A stretch of DNA of 64,000 nucleotides from Tubiluchus corallicola (lineage: Eukaryota; Animalia; Priapulida), in the NCBI GenBank assembly GCA_030141605.1, contig JAQGDQ010000561.1, forward strand, positions 62,001-126,000. Direction: 5' to 3'. The notes under the pieces are model-generated. The model was given only the letters and a program-made list of their open reading frames with translations, did no database searches and was not told the DNA's origin. The translations under genes and the position numbers were made by a program. Below are positions 1 through 11,960 of the stretch, one piece after another; position 1 is the stretch's first letter, and every line of letters begins with the position of its first letter.

Positions 1-130
1 AGCAAGAGCTTTTTTGGTCTAATAAGCGTGGAGATATCATTGTCACATCTCGAGTTTCGTAAAGCACCCTTATTACTTCTGTAAATTGCTGTAGTATGTA
101 TATATAGTTGTATATATGTACGTACCTTAA

Positions 131-802
131 AGCATGAGAAAACCCGTCATAAACATAATGCTTAAAAAAATCGTCTTGAAATTTCATATCAGCTACATAC
201 TGCCTTTTTGCGTGCAGGACTTCAGTCGGCAGTCACGCTGTATGAAACATGTAAATTTAAACTCCCGCGATGACCGTTAGACGCAGCCATTTTGACGACA
301 GGTCATTTGAAACAAGTTTAGATAACATTTTGTAAAGTTTGAAAAAATAATCAGAGCATTCGTAGCGCACACGTCACTAATTGAGTAAAATTTTAAATTA
401 CTGTATCTTGTCAATAAGATTAGAAATACGTTTTTCGTTAGGGAGGATGAGTCAGCGACATTTTATCAATTGGTGAAAACATTTTAAATAATTTTCTTTT
501 CTAGTTACATAAGTCTCTCCAGCAGGTAAGCCAAAAGCTAAGTAATATAGATTTGCATGGAAAGTTTTTTGGGACATAATTTAACATCGCCTTTTCTTCC
601 CCTGATTTACATTGTGCGTATATGACGTCATGTAATGGCACCATCAGAACAGTATATTGCGGGAAATTTAAAATGAAAACAGACAAAAATTCATTTTAAT
701 GCGACTACGATATATGCATAAAATTGCTGTAAAGTAATGTTTTTAAAGGCTACTTTTTAAGATTTTTCTGAAACCTACTTCAGGTACCCCCTTTCTTGTC
801 CT
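131..802. mobile_element. Non-autonomous DNA transposon family A, copy 1 (Kolobok-like)
   Basis: Flanked by TTAA on both sides; termini AGCATGAGAAA...TTTCTTGTCCT (RR...YY ends plus TTAA typify Kolobok); related copies at 18735, 22878 and 60686. Confidence 0.7.
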
Positions 803-854
803 TTAAGAATTAACTTTATTCCGTAAAAACGCAAGAAAGCGTCCGTTGTCCAGA

Positions 855-1145
855 ATCATCATCATCATACGCTATTGTAGACGCTGGGCAGGCAGAATTC
901 TAAAATAAAAGAAATCTGCCTTCAGACAGGTAAACGCAGCAGCAATCCAGCAAAAAACTAGACACTGCTATGCCAGTGGCTTGTCAGCACCACTTCCGTA
1001 AGGACAGTGAAATCTGAATATCACATCATCATCATCATCATACGCCTGTCACGTCTATTGTAAACATTGGGCAGGCAGAATTCTAAAATAAAAGAAATCT
1101 GCCTTCAGACAGGTAAACGCAGCAGTAATCCAGCAAAAAATGAGA
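855..1145. repeat. Local direct duplication of ~110 bp following (CAT)n tracts
   Basis: GGGCAGGCAGAATTCTAAAATAAAAGAAATCTGCCTTCAGACAGG occurs at ~886 and ~1069. Confidence 0.85.
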
Positions 1146-1728
1146 CTAATAGATAATTAATGGGAAAAGGACATTAGTTTGTCTGGGTTAGTAGCAGGTA
1201 GGTCCCTGCTGTACACAGAGCTTGCTCAGCTTGTTACTGTTTTAAAAACTGTCATTTACGCATGGAAGCTTTTAGCATACGTAGTACAGTAGCTCTCTGT
1301 ATGTCAGAGAAACTTCAAGCGAAAGAGCCTTCGTTACTGCAACAAAAAACCACTTCAAGTGTTTAGCCGTAGTGGACTTTCGGGGCAGAGCAAAACTGCC
1401 GATGTCGTTCACCCCTATAGTGACCGTATTGCCTGCGAAAGTTTTTCAAAGGAATTCTCTTGCGGCATTGTTGAAAAAATTACGCACTGGGAAGTGGAAT
1501 TCGTTTGGTTCCATTGATGCGTTTGAGAGAACCAGATTTGAGTTTTACATTGGGGAGTGTTCGCGCTTTGAAATGGGTCGTGTTATGCTAATGAGTTTGA
1601 ATGTTGACAATAGTTGTTACTAGATTAAAGTGAAATTTTTCGCTTTGCATAGTAAACTCGAGTAGGCCTCCTTGGGATATTATAAAGATTTTGATGGGTT
1701 CGTTTGGTTACAGCCACTCTGGGCTTAA

Positions 1729-2280
1729 AGGAAGACAGGATGATTTTTCATATACTACCCATTTTCAAGTCCGATAAAAAGTACACACTTTAATACAATT
1801 AATGGTGCAAGATCGTTTCTGGTAGTTAAATAATAGATTAAAATCTCAACTAACTTCGGGCGAGACCAAATATTGATGACATCACAAACGAACATAATTT
1901 TCAACAGCAAAAACATTCCACGAGCGTCCTGCACGTGTTTGCGAAAGCGAAAATTGAAGTACAGTGTTACTGTAACATATTCAGTGTTGTTGTACTAAAA
2001 CTAGGCAAGTTTTAAGATAAAAATTCAAATTCTTTTAGTGAGCTGTCGAATGTGTGTAGTTCGTCACAAACTAGCACATCTGAACTGAGAGGTACAGCAC
2101 TCGTTTTTTGTGCACTCATTTTTGAAATGCACGTAACAGCGAAGAATTAGTAGCGCGAACGCGAAATTGCGCTTGTGTGGTAATAATTCTTTCACGTAAG
2201 TCATACTTGAAAAAAGTAGTACGTTTCCTTTCAGCATTTTAAAGAGTAGATTGTTTTGAATTACAGTTTAAGATTGGGTT
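1729..2280 (+). mobile_element. Non-autonomous DNA transposon family B, copy 1 (Kolobok-like)
   Basis: Starts TTAA|AGGAAGACAGG; colinear with 6384-6983, 8895-9523 and the reverse copy 26366-26968. Confidence 0.7.
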
Positions 2281-2842
2281 TAAGAGTTTAAGATCTACTT
2301 TAAGATTTAAGTTCAACTTCTAGTGTCGTGAAAGACTTTTTAGAAGTATATTATTCAAGACTCAAGAGTAACGCAAGTTACTATAGATACGCATAAGTAA
2401 AGTACATATATGCATTCGTGGTTATCAATAGAAAAAACATTGGCAAGGGTTAATCCTTTCTTCCGCTGTTAAAGGTCGACTACCTGCCAATTTGTTGACT
2501 TTATCTGGCCCGCTTTTTACCTGTTTCAAGACACCGCGGCGTCCTAATGAATGTATTGTGTGGTATTTTGGTTCTAGATAGTGCGTGTAGGAGAAATGAT
2601 TTTGATCTGTGAACTGCCGGTGTGGTATTTAGCAGCTAAAATCAATACAGTAGTCGCCCCTAATCATTTCATCCGAATTACAAAGGAGGCTATTCATACA
2701 CGCTCTTGTTGTTGTATTTACACACGTATCAACAACTGCATACTTAGTTACGGAAAGTTTAAGTTATGAATGATCAACTACTTGTGAGTGGCTTGTAGCA
2801 GTGTGCATAGATTTTGTATGTTTGCGTTTTTCAAAGTGTTTG

Positions 2843-3325
2843 TTTGATTTTAAAAGTTTACCACTGTTTGAAAGATTGAAAGCGATGAGAAGTTTTAAAA
2901 ATACTTGACAAATATATGATAATGAATTTCAATGCACAGTAGCAAGTGTTCTGATTATATATGAATTTGATTTTAAGTTTACCACTGTTTGAAAGATTGA
3001 AAGCGATGAGAAGTTTTAAAAATACTTGACGAATGTATGATAATGAATTTCAAAGCACAGTAGCAAGTGTTCTGATTATTTATGAATTTGATTTTAAAAG
3101 TTTACCACTGTTTGAAAGATTGAAAGCGATGAGAAGTTTTAAAAATACTTGACAGATATATGATAATGAATTTCAGTGCACAGTAGCAAGTGTTCTGCTT
3201 ATCTATGAATTTGATTTTAAAAGTTTACCACTGTTTGAAAGATTGAAAGCGATGAGAAGTTTTAAAAATACTTGACAGATATATGATAATGAATTTCAAT
3301 GCACAGTAGCAAGTGTTCTGATTAT
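2843..3325. repeat. Tandem repeat, ~123-bp unit x4
   Basis: TTTGATTTTAAAAGTTTACCACTGTTTGAAAGATTG recurs at 121-123 bp spacing. Confidence 0.95.
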
Positions 3326-3577
3326 CCTCTCAGATTTATTGTGTGTTTTTGCGAATAAAGAGAAATTAATCTTTTCATCAGTGGGAGGCTGTTTCCCTTT
3401 GTGTCTTCAACATTCATACGTTATTCGCAGTTCATATAAGCAGGCGTAGGCTCGAGAACATGCACCCTAATTGTGGTTAAAATAAATTACTAAACTTCTT
3501 TATTTTGCAATGTCTGCTGTCCCTTATTTGGACAGTCAAAATAAGTTTAAACGTATTATTTATTTTAGGAATTTTGG

Positions 3578-3806
3578 ACACAGCAGTAAAATTGATATAA
3601 AGACTCTGGTTTCAAAGATAATACAAGTGCAATACACGAAAGATGAAGTATACAATTAGTATTTACCTAACAATTAAACAAGCATATTAGACACAGCAGT
3701 GAAATTGATAAAAAGACTCTGGTTTCACAGATAATACAAGTGCAATACATGAAAGACAAAGTATACAATTAGTATTTACCTAACAATTAAACAAGCATAT
3801 TAGACA
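3578..3806. repeat. Tandem duplication, ~113 bp x2
   Basis: GACACAGCAGT...CAAGCATATTA repeated head to tail. Confidence 0.9.
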
Positions 3807-4755
3807 TAGACAGTTTTTATTTATCTCCTTAAAATACACATTTTACAGGGTAAAAGCAAAAATTAAATACGCGTATAACATAATTCGAGAGTAGTATAAG
3901 CGTGAAGAGGTCAGAAGATGAATTACAGGGAGTGCAGGAGAGAGAGTAGCCAGGGACCAATCGGTCAGCTACCCTTCTCAGATTAAATTTATGAAAAGTT
4001 TTAGGCACCGCAAAAATTGATACAGGAAACTGAAAACATAATAAATGAGCGATAATTAAAAAAGAAAAAATATGACAACAGAACATGTAGAATATGTATT
4101 ATAAGTTACAATAACGTACATATAATTTGACTGAGTAGTGGTCATTAATTAATAAAAAAAAATAACAATCAAAATTGAAACTACAAAAACACTTAACACC
4201 TTTCATACAGTTTTTTTTTAAGTTTGAGTCTAATAACACAAATCAGACAGTTATTTCAGAGTATTAATTGCTGCTATGGTAACTTAAATTGAAATAGTTC
4301 GTCTAGAATTAAAAATCAATAAAAAAACTTCCTTAGAATCACTTCATTTGAGCGACATTTTGCAACAGGGAAGGTCGTCCAACAACATTATACTGCACAA
4401 AATTAGGCCTTTATGTTCACTCTCATTTGACTTAGTTGCTATGATTATGAGTAAATTGTAGCCATAGCTTTTGCTAGCCTCTTCCGTGTGGTCTCCTGAA
4501 AAATTGCTGATTCACATAAGATAAACACCTACGACCAGTGGTGATTGAAAGAGAAAAGTGGTAGCAGTAATAGTAGTGGTAGTGGTAGTGGTAGTGGTAG
4601 TGGTAGTCAAATCAAATCAAAGCAAATCGTTTATTGTTTTTCCCACATACAACATCGATTAAAGCTTAGTAGCATAATTATAATAGCCAATCAAGTGTGG
4701 AAGGGGTGGCGAAGAACACGCGTTATCATATCAGCCACCCCAACTCAGTTCTGTT

Positions 4756-5133
4756 TATACATACATACATACATACATACATGCATGCATACATACATAC
4801 ATACATACATACATACATACATACATACATACATACATACATACATACATACATACATACATACATACATACATACATACATACATACATACATACATAC
4901 ATACATACATACATACATACATACATACATACATACACACACACATACATACATACATACATACATACATACATACATACATACATACATACATACATGC
5001 ATGCATACATGCATACATGCATACTAACATACATACATACATACATACATACATACATACATACATACATACATACATACATACATACATACATACATAC
5101 ATACATACATACATACATACATACATACATACA

Positions 5134-5163
<30 letters not shown>
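4756..5163. repeat. (ACAT)n microsatellite, ~100 units
   Basis: Direct reading; explains the spurious HTYI/VCMY ORFs. Confidence 0.99.
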
Positions 5164-5167
<4 letters not shown>

Positions 5168-5459
5168 AAATAGACTGAAGAGGTCATTTTAAGCTAGATG
5201 TTTTTCGAATTTACTCAATGTTAGTTTCCTACAGCTGTTCACACTGCGCGAATACAAGGAAGAGCTCACCACCAGTAGAAAACTGGCATGAAAAAAATCA
5301 AAACAGAGCATTGATTGTTTGTTCTTGGCTAACAACGTACACATGATCGTGATTATTTATCTGTAGTCAAGATTAGTTCAAGGAGTGGAGTGTTTTGTGT
5401 ACTTATGAGTTCAGAACCAAGACCTTTGCTAACTTTGCTGGGTCAAGCTTGGCAGCTTA

Positions 5460-5567
5460 ACACACATCAGAGTATATATATATATATATATAGCCATTAT
5501 TTACTATAACACACTTCAGAGTATATATATATATACATACATATACATATATATATATATAGTATAT

Positions 5568-5624
<57 letters not shown>

Positions 5625-5702
5625 CCATTATTTACTATAACACACATCAGAGTATATATATATATAGCTATTATTTACTATACATATGCTAAGAACTATA
5701 CA

Positions 5703-5732
<30 letters not shown>
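5460..5732. repeat. Compound (TA)n microsatellite with a repeated spacer
   Basis: (TA)n tracts separated by GCCATTATTTACTATAACACAC-like spacers. Confidence 0.9.
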
Positions 5733-5734
<2 letters not shown>

Positions 5735-5751
5735 CTTTATAAAAGTAATAA

Positions 5752-5912
5752 ATACTATATTTTTCAAAAATGTCTTAAGTGAAACAATTATTACCACACA
5801 AACACATTTTCACGTTCGTGCCACTAGTTCTTCGCTGTTAGACGCATTTCGCCATTCACCAGGCACTGGTGCCTGCATTTCAGAAACGCATTGCATAAAA
5901 AATACGAGTGCA
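5752..5912 (-). mobile_element. Inverted fragment of family B
   Basis: Reverse complement of ~6765-6915. Confidence 0.75.
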
Positions 5913-6383
5913 GTAGTGGTGCATAAAAACACAAGTAATAAACTAAAAAATGATATTAGCTAAAAAAACTATATCACACTTTTACAAATGCAATCTCATA
6001 TAAAATAATTCCTATCATAGAGGTAATATACACACGAGTATTAGCAAACCAAGCGGAGTTTCAAAATGCACAGACGTTTGCTGGAAATTTTATCATTTCT
6101 GGTACTTTGACTTGCGCATTTAACGTTGCTTTATTATATTCTTTAGTCTGTGACTATATATATACCACGTTTGTGACGGCTTGACCTCCAAATGTTTTGG
6201 TCTTAGTTTTGCACTTTTTATCCACCTCCGGGGTGATTAAGAACATTGGGGGTTGTTGAAACTGTAAACAAGGTGAGATTAGTAAACAAACAACTGCAAA
6301 TTAATCACAAGTTTTGCCTACATGTTGTTACGCCTTTCAACTTTAACTTCTGCTACATGTGTTCAACCAAAGCATGTCATTAA

Positions 6384-6983
6384 AGGAAGACAAGGTAATT
6401 TTTCACATGCTACCCCATTTTCATGTCCGATAAAAAGTATACGTTTTAAAACAATTAATACTGCAAAAGCGTTTCTGATAATTAAATAATAGGTTAAAAA
6501 TTTAGTTAGGCGAGCCCAACTATTGATGACATCACAAACTAACATAATTTTCAACAGCAAAATAATTCCACGAGCATTTTGCAGGTGTTTGCAAAAGCGA
6601 AAATGGAAGTACAGTCCTACCGTAACATATTCTATGTGTTGTACTAAAACTATGGAAGTTTTAAGATAAAAATTCAAATTTCAAAGTTACTGCTGTGCTC
6701 ATGCACGAGCGTTGAACGTGTGTAGTTTGTCACAAACCAACATCAATAGCTCTGAACTGAGAGGTGCTGCACCTGTTCTTATGCAGTGCGTTTCCGAAAT
6801 GCAGGCACTAGTGCTTGGTGAATGGCAAAATGCGAAGAACTAGTGGCACAAACGTGAAAATGTGTTTGTGTGGTAATAATTGTTTCACTTAAGACATTTT
6901 TGAAAAACATAGTATGTTTACTTTCAATATTTTAAAGAGTAGATTATTTTGAGGCACAGTTTAAGATTGGGTCTGGTTTTCCT
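6384..6983 (+). mobile_element. Family B copy 2, full length
   Basis: TTAA|AGGAAGACA...TGGTTTTCCT|TTAA. Confidence 0.8.
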
Positions 6984-7713
6984 TTAATGAACTATTATTT
7001 TAGGAATATTACTTTTCTGTCTGACACATTACACAATTATTGTGTCCGGACTGATCGATATGGAGCATTTTTTGATTATGTCCCATTTTTAATTTCCATT
7101 TAAGGACCATTTTCTCCTTCCAAGTCAAGACATCTCCATCAAACGTGTGATTTTAAATTTATTTTTTAAACACCTTGAGTGGGGGGATTAGCTTACATGC
7201 TGACAGTTAAGCAGTGCCAAACACGATTAATAAATGCACTGGTGATGGTTTTGTTAGCAGTGTTGTCGTGCCTATTTGCCTCTTTGGCAGAAGGGGATGT
7301 ATAACACCTCTGGTCATAGTTGATATGGCTCAAGCTGTTTTATCCGTCGGAGGCCGATCTTAGCGATCATCCCTGATAATTACTTAGGTTCTGGTCCTGC
7401 CAGAATGATCAAAGTTCACTGTCCATTTTGGTTCTCTATGTAAAAATTGCCTCTACTTAATTATATATTTTGACCTGTATTTTCACCTGAATCTATCATA
7501 TGAATGACAAGAAAGCTTGTTAAAGTGAAGTGTCCTTTTTAAAGCACAAGAAACACTCTTCATGAATTTAGTTTAGTTATTTAGTTCACTTAGATGCATG
7601 TTATTGTATACAGGACTAGCGATAACACTTTATAAAACTTGTAATTAGGCTCAACCATTTTACGTGCGCAAAAATGTGAGAAGAATGTGAGAACCTTTCC
7701 AACATTTTTCACG

Positions 7714-7714
<1 letters not shown>

Positions 7715-7766
<52 letters not shown>

Positions 7767-7783
7767 ACACATACACACACACA
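7715..7783. repeat. (CA)n microsatellite
   Basis: Direct reading. Confidence 0.97.
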
Positions 7784-7942
7784 AACGTGAAATAATTGGG
7801 ACTTTAAAGTTATTTCACTAATTACATGACGTGCTTATCATAAGCCTTTCCAACATTTTTCACGAACATTTAAAATATATAAGGTTAAATTCTTGGAAGA
7901 CTTTGCCTGTCCTTTAAAATGAATCAACATTTTTATTTGTAG

Positions 7943-8362
7943 AATACGTTAACGGCATGTTGAACAATGAGAACAAGCAGACTGTGGTCAAACAGCTGAT
8001 CAACTGCATACCACTACTTAATCCCGGCAACACGGAGGTGAAATCCCTGTATTTGAAACTCATCCCGGAAGTGTTGCGATATTCGTCGGAGCAGGGTTCC
8101 TGCATCGAGGAAAGTCGTCAGTTGTTGTCGTACTGTCTCATCCATCCGGCCATCACCGCAGAGGACAGGAAGCTGCTGTCCGTCTGGCTGAAGCATTTGG
8201 ACGAAGCAGCGGTCATCTCGACGTACCAGCGGTCGCAGGACGCGCGATCGTACTCGGGATACGTGGACCGGCATTGCGGTGATGCCACCTGTTGGCAGGA
8301 CAAGCAAACTTCCAGTAGTGGACAGCAGCGTGGTTCATTTGCAGTTCAAATGTCCAAAGAAG
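7943..8362 (+). CDS. SAMD4: Smaug/SAMD4 homologue, internal coding exon (N-terminal Smaug homology region)
   Basis: IPLLNPGN..LYLKLIPEVL..IEESRQLLSYCLIHPA matches SAMD4 LPLLKPGN..IEESRQLLSYALIHPA; acceptor TTTGTAG, phase 1; donor G|GTTAGA is less certain. Confidence 0.92.
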
Positions 8363-8894
8363 GTTAGATGATTTCAGACTTTATCTAATATTACTGAGTT
8401 GATAAGTTTTACAGGTACATACACACTTATCTCGTTTTGCCAGACCTTGCTTTTACGGATTTCGGAAATCTACAAAATCTGGCCCTTTAAGAGCCCCCCG
8501 TATTACAGACCAAGTCCGTTATTTAGCCAGTTGGTCTTTAGTTGGCAAGCTGTCACTTTGTTTACATCATGTACATCAGTGTAACCGCATATATATCTCT
8601 ATGTATGAAAATATAGTATCAATACTGCTAAGTTTTTTAATCAGTTGCATAGAGTTTTTATATACTTTTGCATAGGAACGTCCCGTACTTGACGTTTCTG
8701 AGACAATTAGACGATTGATTCTGCATTATCATGAGTCTAATACACGGCTCTTACCGTATTAGCGTAGTATCGGTAAATACGGAATAACGAAGTCTCCCGC
8801 TTTGTCCGGCAAACCGAGATATGAGTGTATATATATATAATTATTAGTCGACTTCAAAACATTTAATCGGACTGCGCGATATAACCGGTTTTAT

Positions 8895-9523
8895 AGGAAA
8901 ATAAGATGTTTTTCCGTGTTATACCCCACTTTGAAGTACTGTAAGAAGTATGCGGTTTGACACCTATAATAACGCGAAATTATTCTGGTTATAGAATAAT
9001 ACGTTAAAAAACTTATTTAAGTACCTGCGAGCCCAGCTAGTGATAACTTCTCAGATGAACATAATTTTCCACAGCACGAATGTTGACGCGCGTGTTGCAC
9101 GTGTCTGGGAAAACGAAAATGAAGTTCAGCGCTACTGTACAATATTCAGTGTGATGTTCAAAAACTAAGTAAATTTGCATTTAAAAATTTAAATTTCCAG
9201 TTTACCGCTATGCTCATACATGAGTTCTCAAGTCACCACATCACAACTGACCACTTCCGAACTGAGACGTACAGCGCTTGTTTTTTATGCAACACCTTTC
9301 CGAGATATAGGCGCTAGTGCCCATCTAGCTAGCGAATGTAACTACGTAGCCGGCTAGAAAATATTGCGTGTGTAACAGCGGAGAACTAGTCTCGCAAATA
9401 CGGAATTAGATTTCTGTGAGAATAATTGTTTTATGTCAGTTATTCTTGAAAAAAGTAGTATGTTCAATATTTTATACGTTAGATTGTTTTTAGCTATAGT
9501 TGAAGATCGGATCAAGGTTTCCT
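8895..9523 (+). mobile_element. Family B copy 3 (diverged)
   Basis: Colinear similarity to 6384-6983; ends GGTTTCCT. Confidence 0.65.
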
Positions 9524-10312
9524 TCAAGATTTAAACATTCAAACTTTATCTGGGCTCTCAAAGTTGAGTTTACACGTACATATGCAATATTACAAGTTCA
9601 CTTCAATGCATGCATGACAAGGCTATGCAGGTTTCCTTCAAGATTAAAACATTCAAACTTTATCTGAGCTCTCAAAGTTGAGTTTACACGTACATATGCA
9701 ATATTACAAGTTCACTTCAATGCATGCATGACAAGGCTATGCAGGTTTCCTTCAAGATTTAAACATTCAAACTTTATCTGGGCTCTCAAAGTTGAGTTTA
9801 CACGTACATATGCAATATTACAAGTTCACTTCAATGCATGCATGACAAGGCTATGCAGGTTTCCTTCAAGATTTAAACATTCAAACTTTATCTGGGCTCT
9901 CAAAGTTGAGTTTACACGTACATATGCAATATTACAAGTTCACTTCAATGCATGCATGACAAGGCTATGCAGGTTTCCTTCAAGATTTAAACATTCAAAC
10001 TTTATCTGGGCTCTCAAAGTTGAGTTTACACGTACATATGCAATATTACAAGTTCACTTCAATGCATGCATGACAAGGCTATGCAGGTTTCCTTCAAGAT
10101 TTAAACATTCAAACTTTATCTGGGCTCTCAAAGTTGAGTTTACACGTACATATGCAATATTACAAGTTCACTTCAATGCATGCATGACAAGGCTATGCAG
10201 GTTTCCTTCAAGATTTAAACATTCAAACTTTATCTGGGCTCTCAAAGTTGAGTTTACACGTACATATGCAATATTACAAGTTCACTTCAATGCGTGCATG
10301 ACAAGGCTATGC
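9515..10312. repeat. Satellite-like array, 114-bp unit x7, nearly identical copies
   Basis: AGGTTTCCTTCAAGATTTAAACATTC... every 114 bp; explains ORF 9728-10432. Confidence 0.97.
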
Positions 10313-10619
10313 GGTTTTGGGAATTATCCTAGTTTTTTCATACCGGTTCGTACCACAATTACCTTTCTAATCAATGTACTACGAGACTTATTTAGATTGC
10401 TTTGTTTAATGAAAGAAATTGGTTATAATTGAGTAGTAGTAGTACCACGGGAAAAGTAAATATTGATAACATACAATTGTAGAGATAAATGGTGTAAATA
10501 TTATTGAACCTTTTAAAAGTTTACTTACTGCGTGATGAAGGAAGAATCTGCAATGATATGTGTGTGTGCGTGTGCGTGTGCGTTTGTGTGTGTGTGTATG
10601 TATGTATGTAGTTTACCGA

Positions 10620-11030
10620 CTAAAACAAGTTACATGTATACACGAGGAACGAGGTAAATGCCACAATCGATACATTAGTGATTTTAGTCCAGATGGTCAC
10701 TTTACGTACATTTCCTACTCGAGGTTATAGCATTAAACAGTGTTATGCAAACAAGGTACATCAGCAGAAAAGTTGCAAAATTTCATAACATATTATATAA
10801 CAATTAGGGTGCTCAAAGAAGTGAGTTGAATCAGCAAAGTTTACATTGTCGTAGCAGTTTCTAATATTTGATGTTAGGGGGCGTGTCTGTATAACGTTTT
10901 TCTCAGTTTGAATGTCCCCACAAGGACATAACCTATTTTCCCTTGGCCGTCTCGCCCATCTATCCATTTCCATCCGCAGCCTACGTGACTGAAGACGCAT
11001 TCTTGTGAAGCTTATCCGATGATGTTCAAA
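10620..11030 (-). mobile_element. LINE ORF2 C-terminal remnant
   Basis: MRLQSRRLRMEMDRWARRPRENRLCPCGDIQTEKNV resembles the R-L-S-S-H-x-L-x-I-E-T-G-R-W..R-L-C-x-C..E-x-H-V C-terminal zinc-binding motif of non-LTR ORF2 proteins. Confidence 0.7.
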
Positions 11031-11239
11031 TATTGTCCATTCAAAACAAGGAGTTTCGAGACTGGGGTTCTATTCCAAGTAGGTTACACAGCGTGTAGAA
11101 TTAACCCGATTCCTTATGCGCTGCTCCAACAAAACTCTCTGCTGAGGTATACAACAATATCAATAATCAATAGCCAAATCATGGTAATGTCAATATTACA
11201 ATGCAGTGCTATAAAATGTTATCAAAACCAAAAAATATG

Positions 11240-11960
11240 GTCTATCATTACAAATATTCTAAGAGAGTTGCATTGGCCTCGAATTGAATATAAAAATCTT
11301 TGTATCACGTACAAAATACTACAGTCTAGCCTCGTTATCTCACCCCTCGTTATGCCGCCAAACTCGTCTCTCGCCATAGAAAGTACCAGGACGGATTTCC
11401 TGCTTTTATAGTTACCTCGTTAAGTTTCCACCCTCGCTTCTCGCCCTCACCACGTCATGCTAGGATGAGTGCTTATGTAAACTATATTCGTTATGTCGCC
11501 AAACAGACAAACTCAGAGGTGAATCGATCAATACATATACCGCGTGTCGATCAATATGACCGCGGTATTTAGACAATGCTGCTGTTGATGTTAATGTTGA
11601 TTGGTATCATAATGCGAAATATATTTTATATGTACATAGAGGAACACTATGTTAATCAACTATTACGTATATACATATAGACCAACTTCCTTATATTCCC
11701 GTTATCTCACCATACTCGCCTCTCGCCAAAAATTTGCCCTAGACGGACGGTGGCGAGATAACGAGACTAGACTGTACATAGTTTGGCACCTGAATATCTC
11801 ACAGATATTATGGTACATTGTAAAACAGCTGAACATTTCATTCTAATGCTAATGAACAAGTGAATTTATAGTCAGCCAGTTCCAAATACAGTATTCCAAG
11901 GTGGAAAAGCTTTTTCTCTCTGTGCTGCAGGTCTTTCGAACAACTTGCCTGTTGCTGTGT
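11240..11960 (+). mobile_element. L2-like LINE ORF2 C-terminal remnant interrupted by a MITE
   Basis: ILRELHW..RIEYKNLCITYKIL / HSLAPEYL / GGKAFSL..NNLP resemble L2 motifs LHWLP..YKIL..APEYL..RAFS..WNSLP. Confidence 0.6.
11322..11774. mobile_element. pogo/Tigger-like MITE
   Basis: TA|CAGTCTAGCCTCGTTATCTC...GAGATAACGAGACTAGACTG|TA: ~20-bp TIR and TA target duplication. Confidence 0.85.

Noticed and set aside
2843-3325. Tandem C/D-box snoRNA cluster (ATGA...CTGA in each unit)
   Set aside because: No proper RTGATGA box C, terminal stem or recognisable rRNA guide
4545-5187. Five long ORFs
   Set aside because: Translations of the (ACAT)n microsatellite
1-7900. First coding exon of Smaug (WFxxWNxCEQTVAL motif)
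   Set aside because: Not found in the frames I examined; probably upstream of the window
9728-10432. 234-aa repeat protein
   Set aside because: Open only because the 114-bp unit is a multiple of 3; intronic, and an upstream unit has a stop
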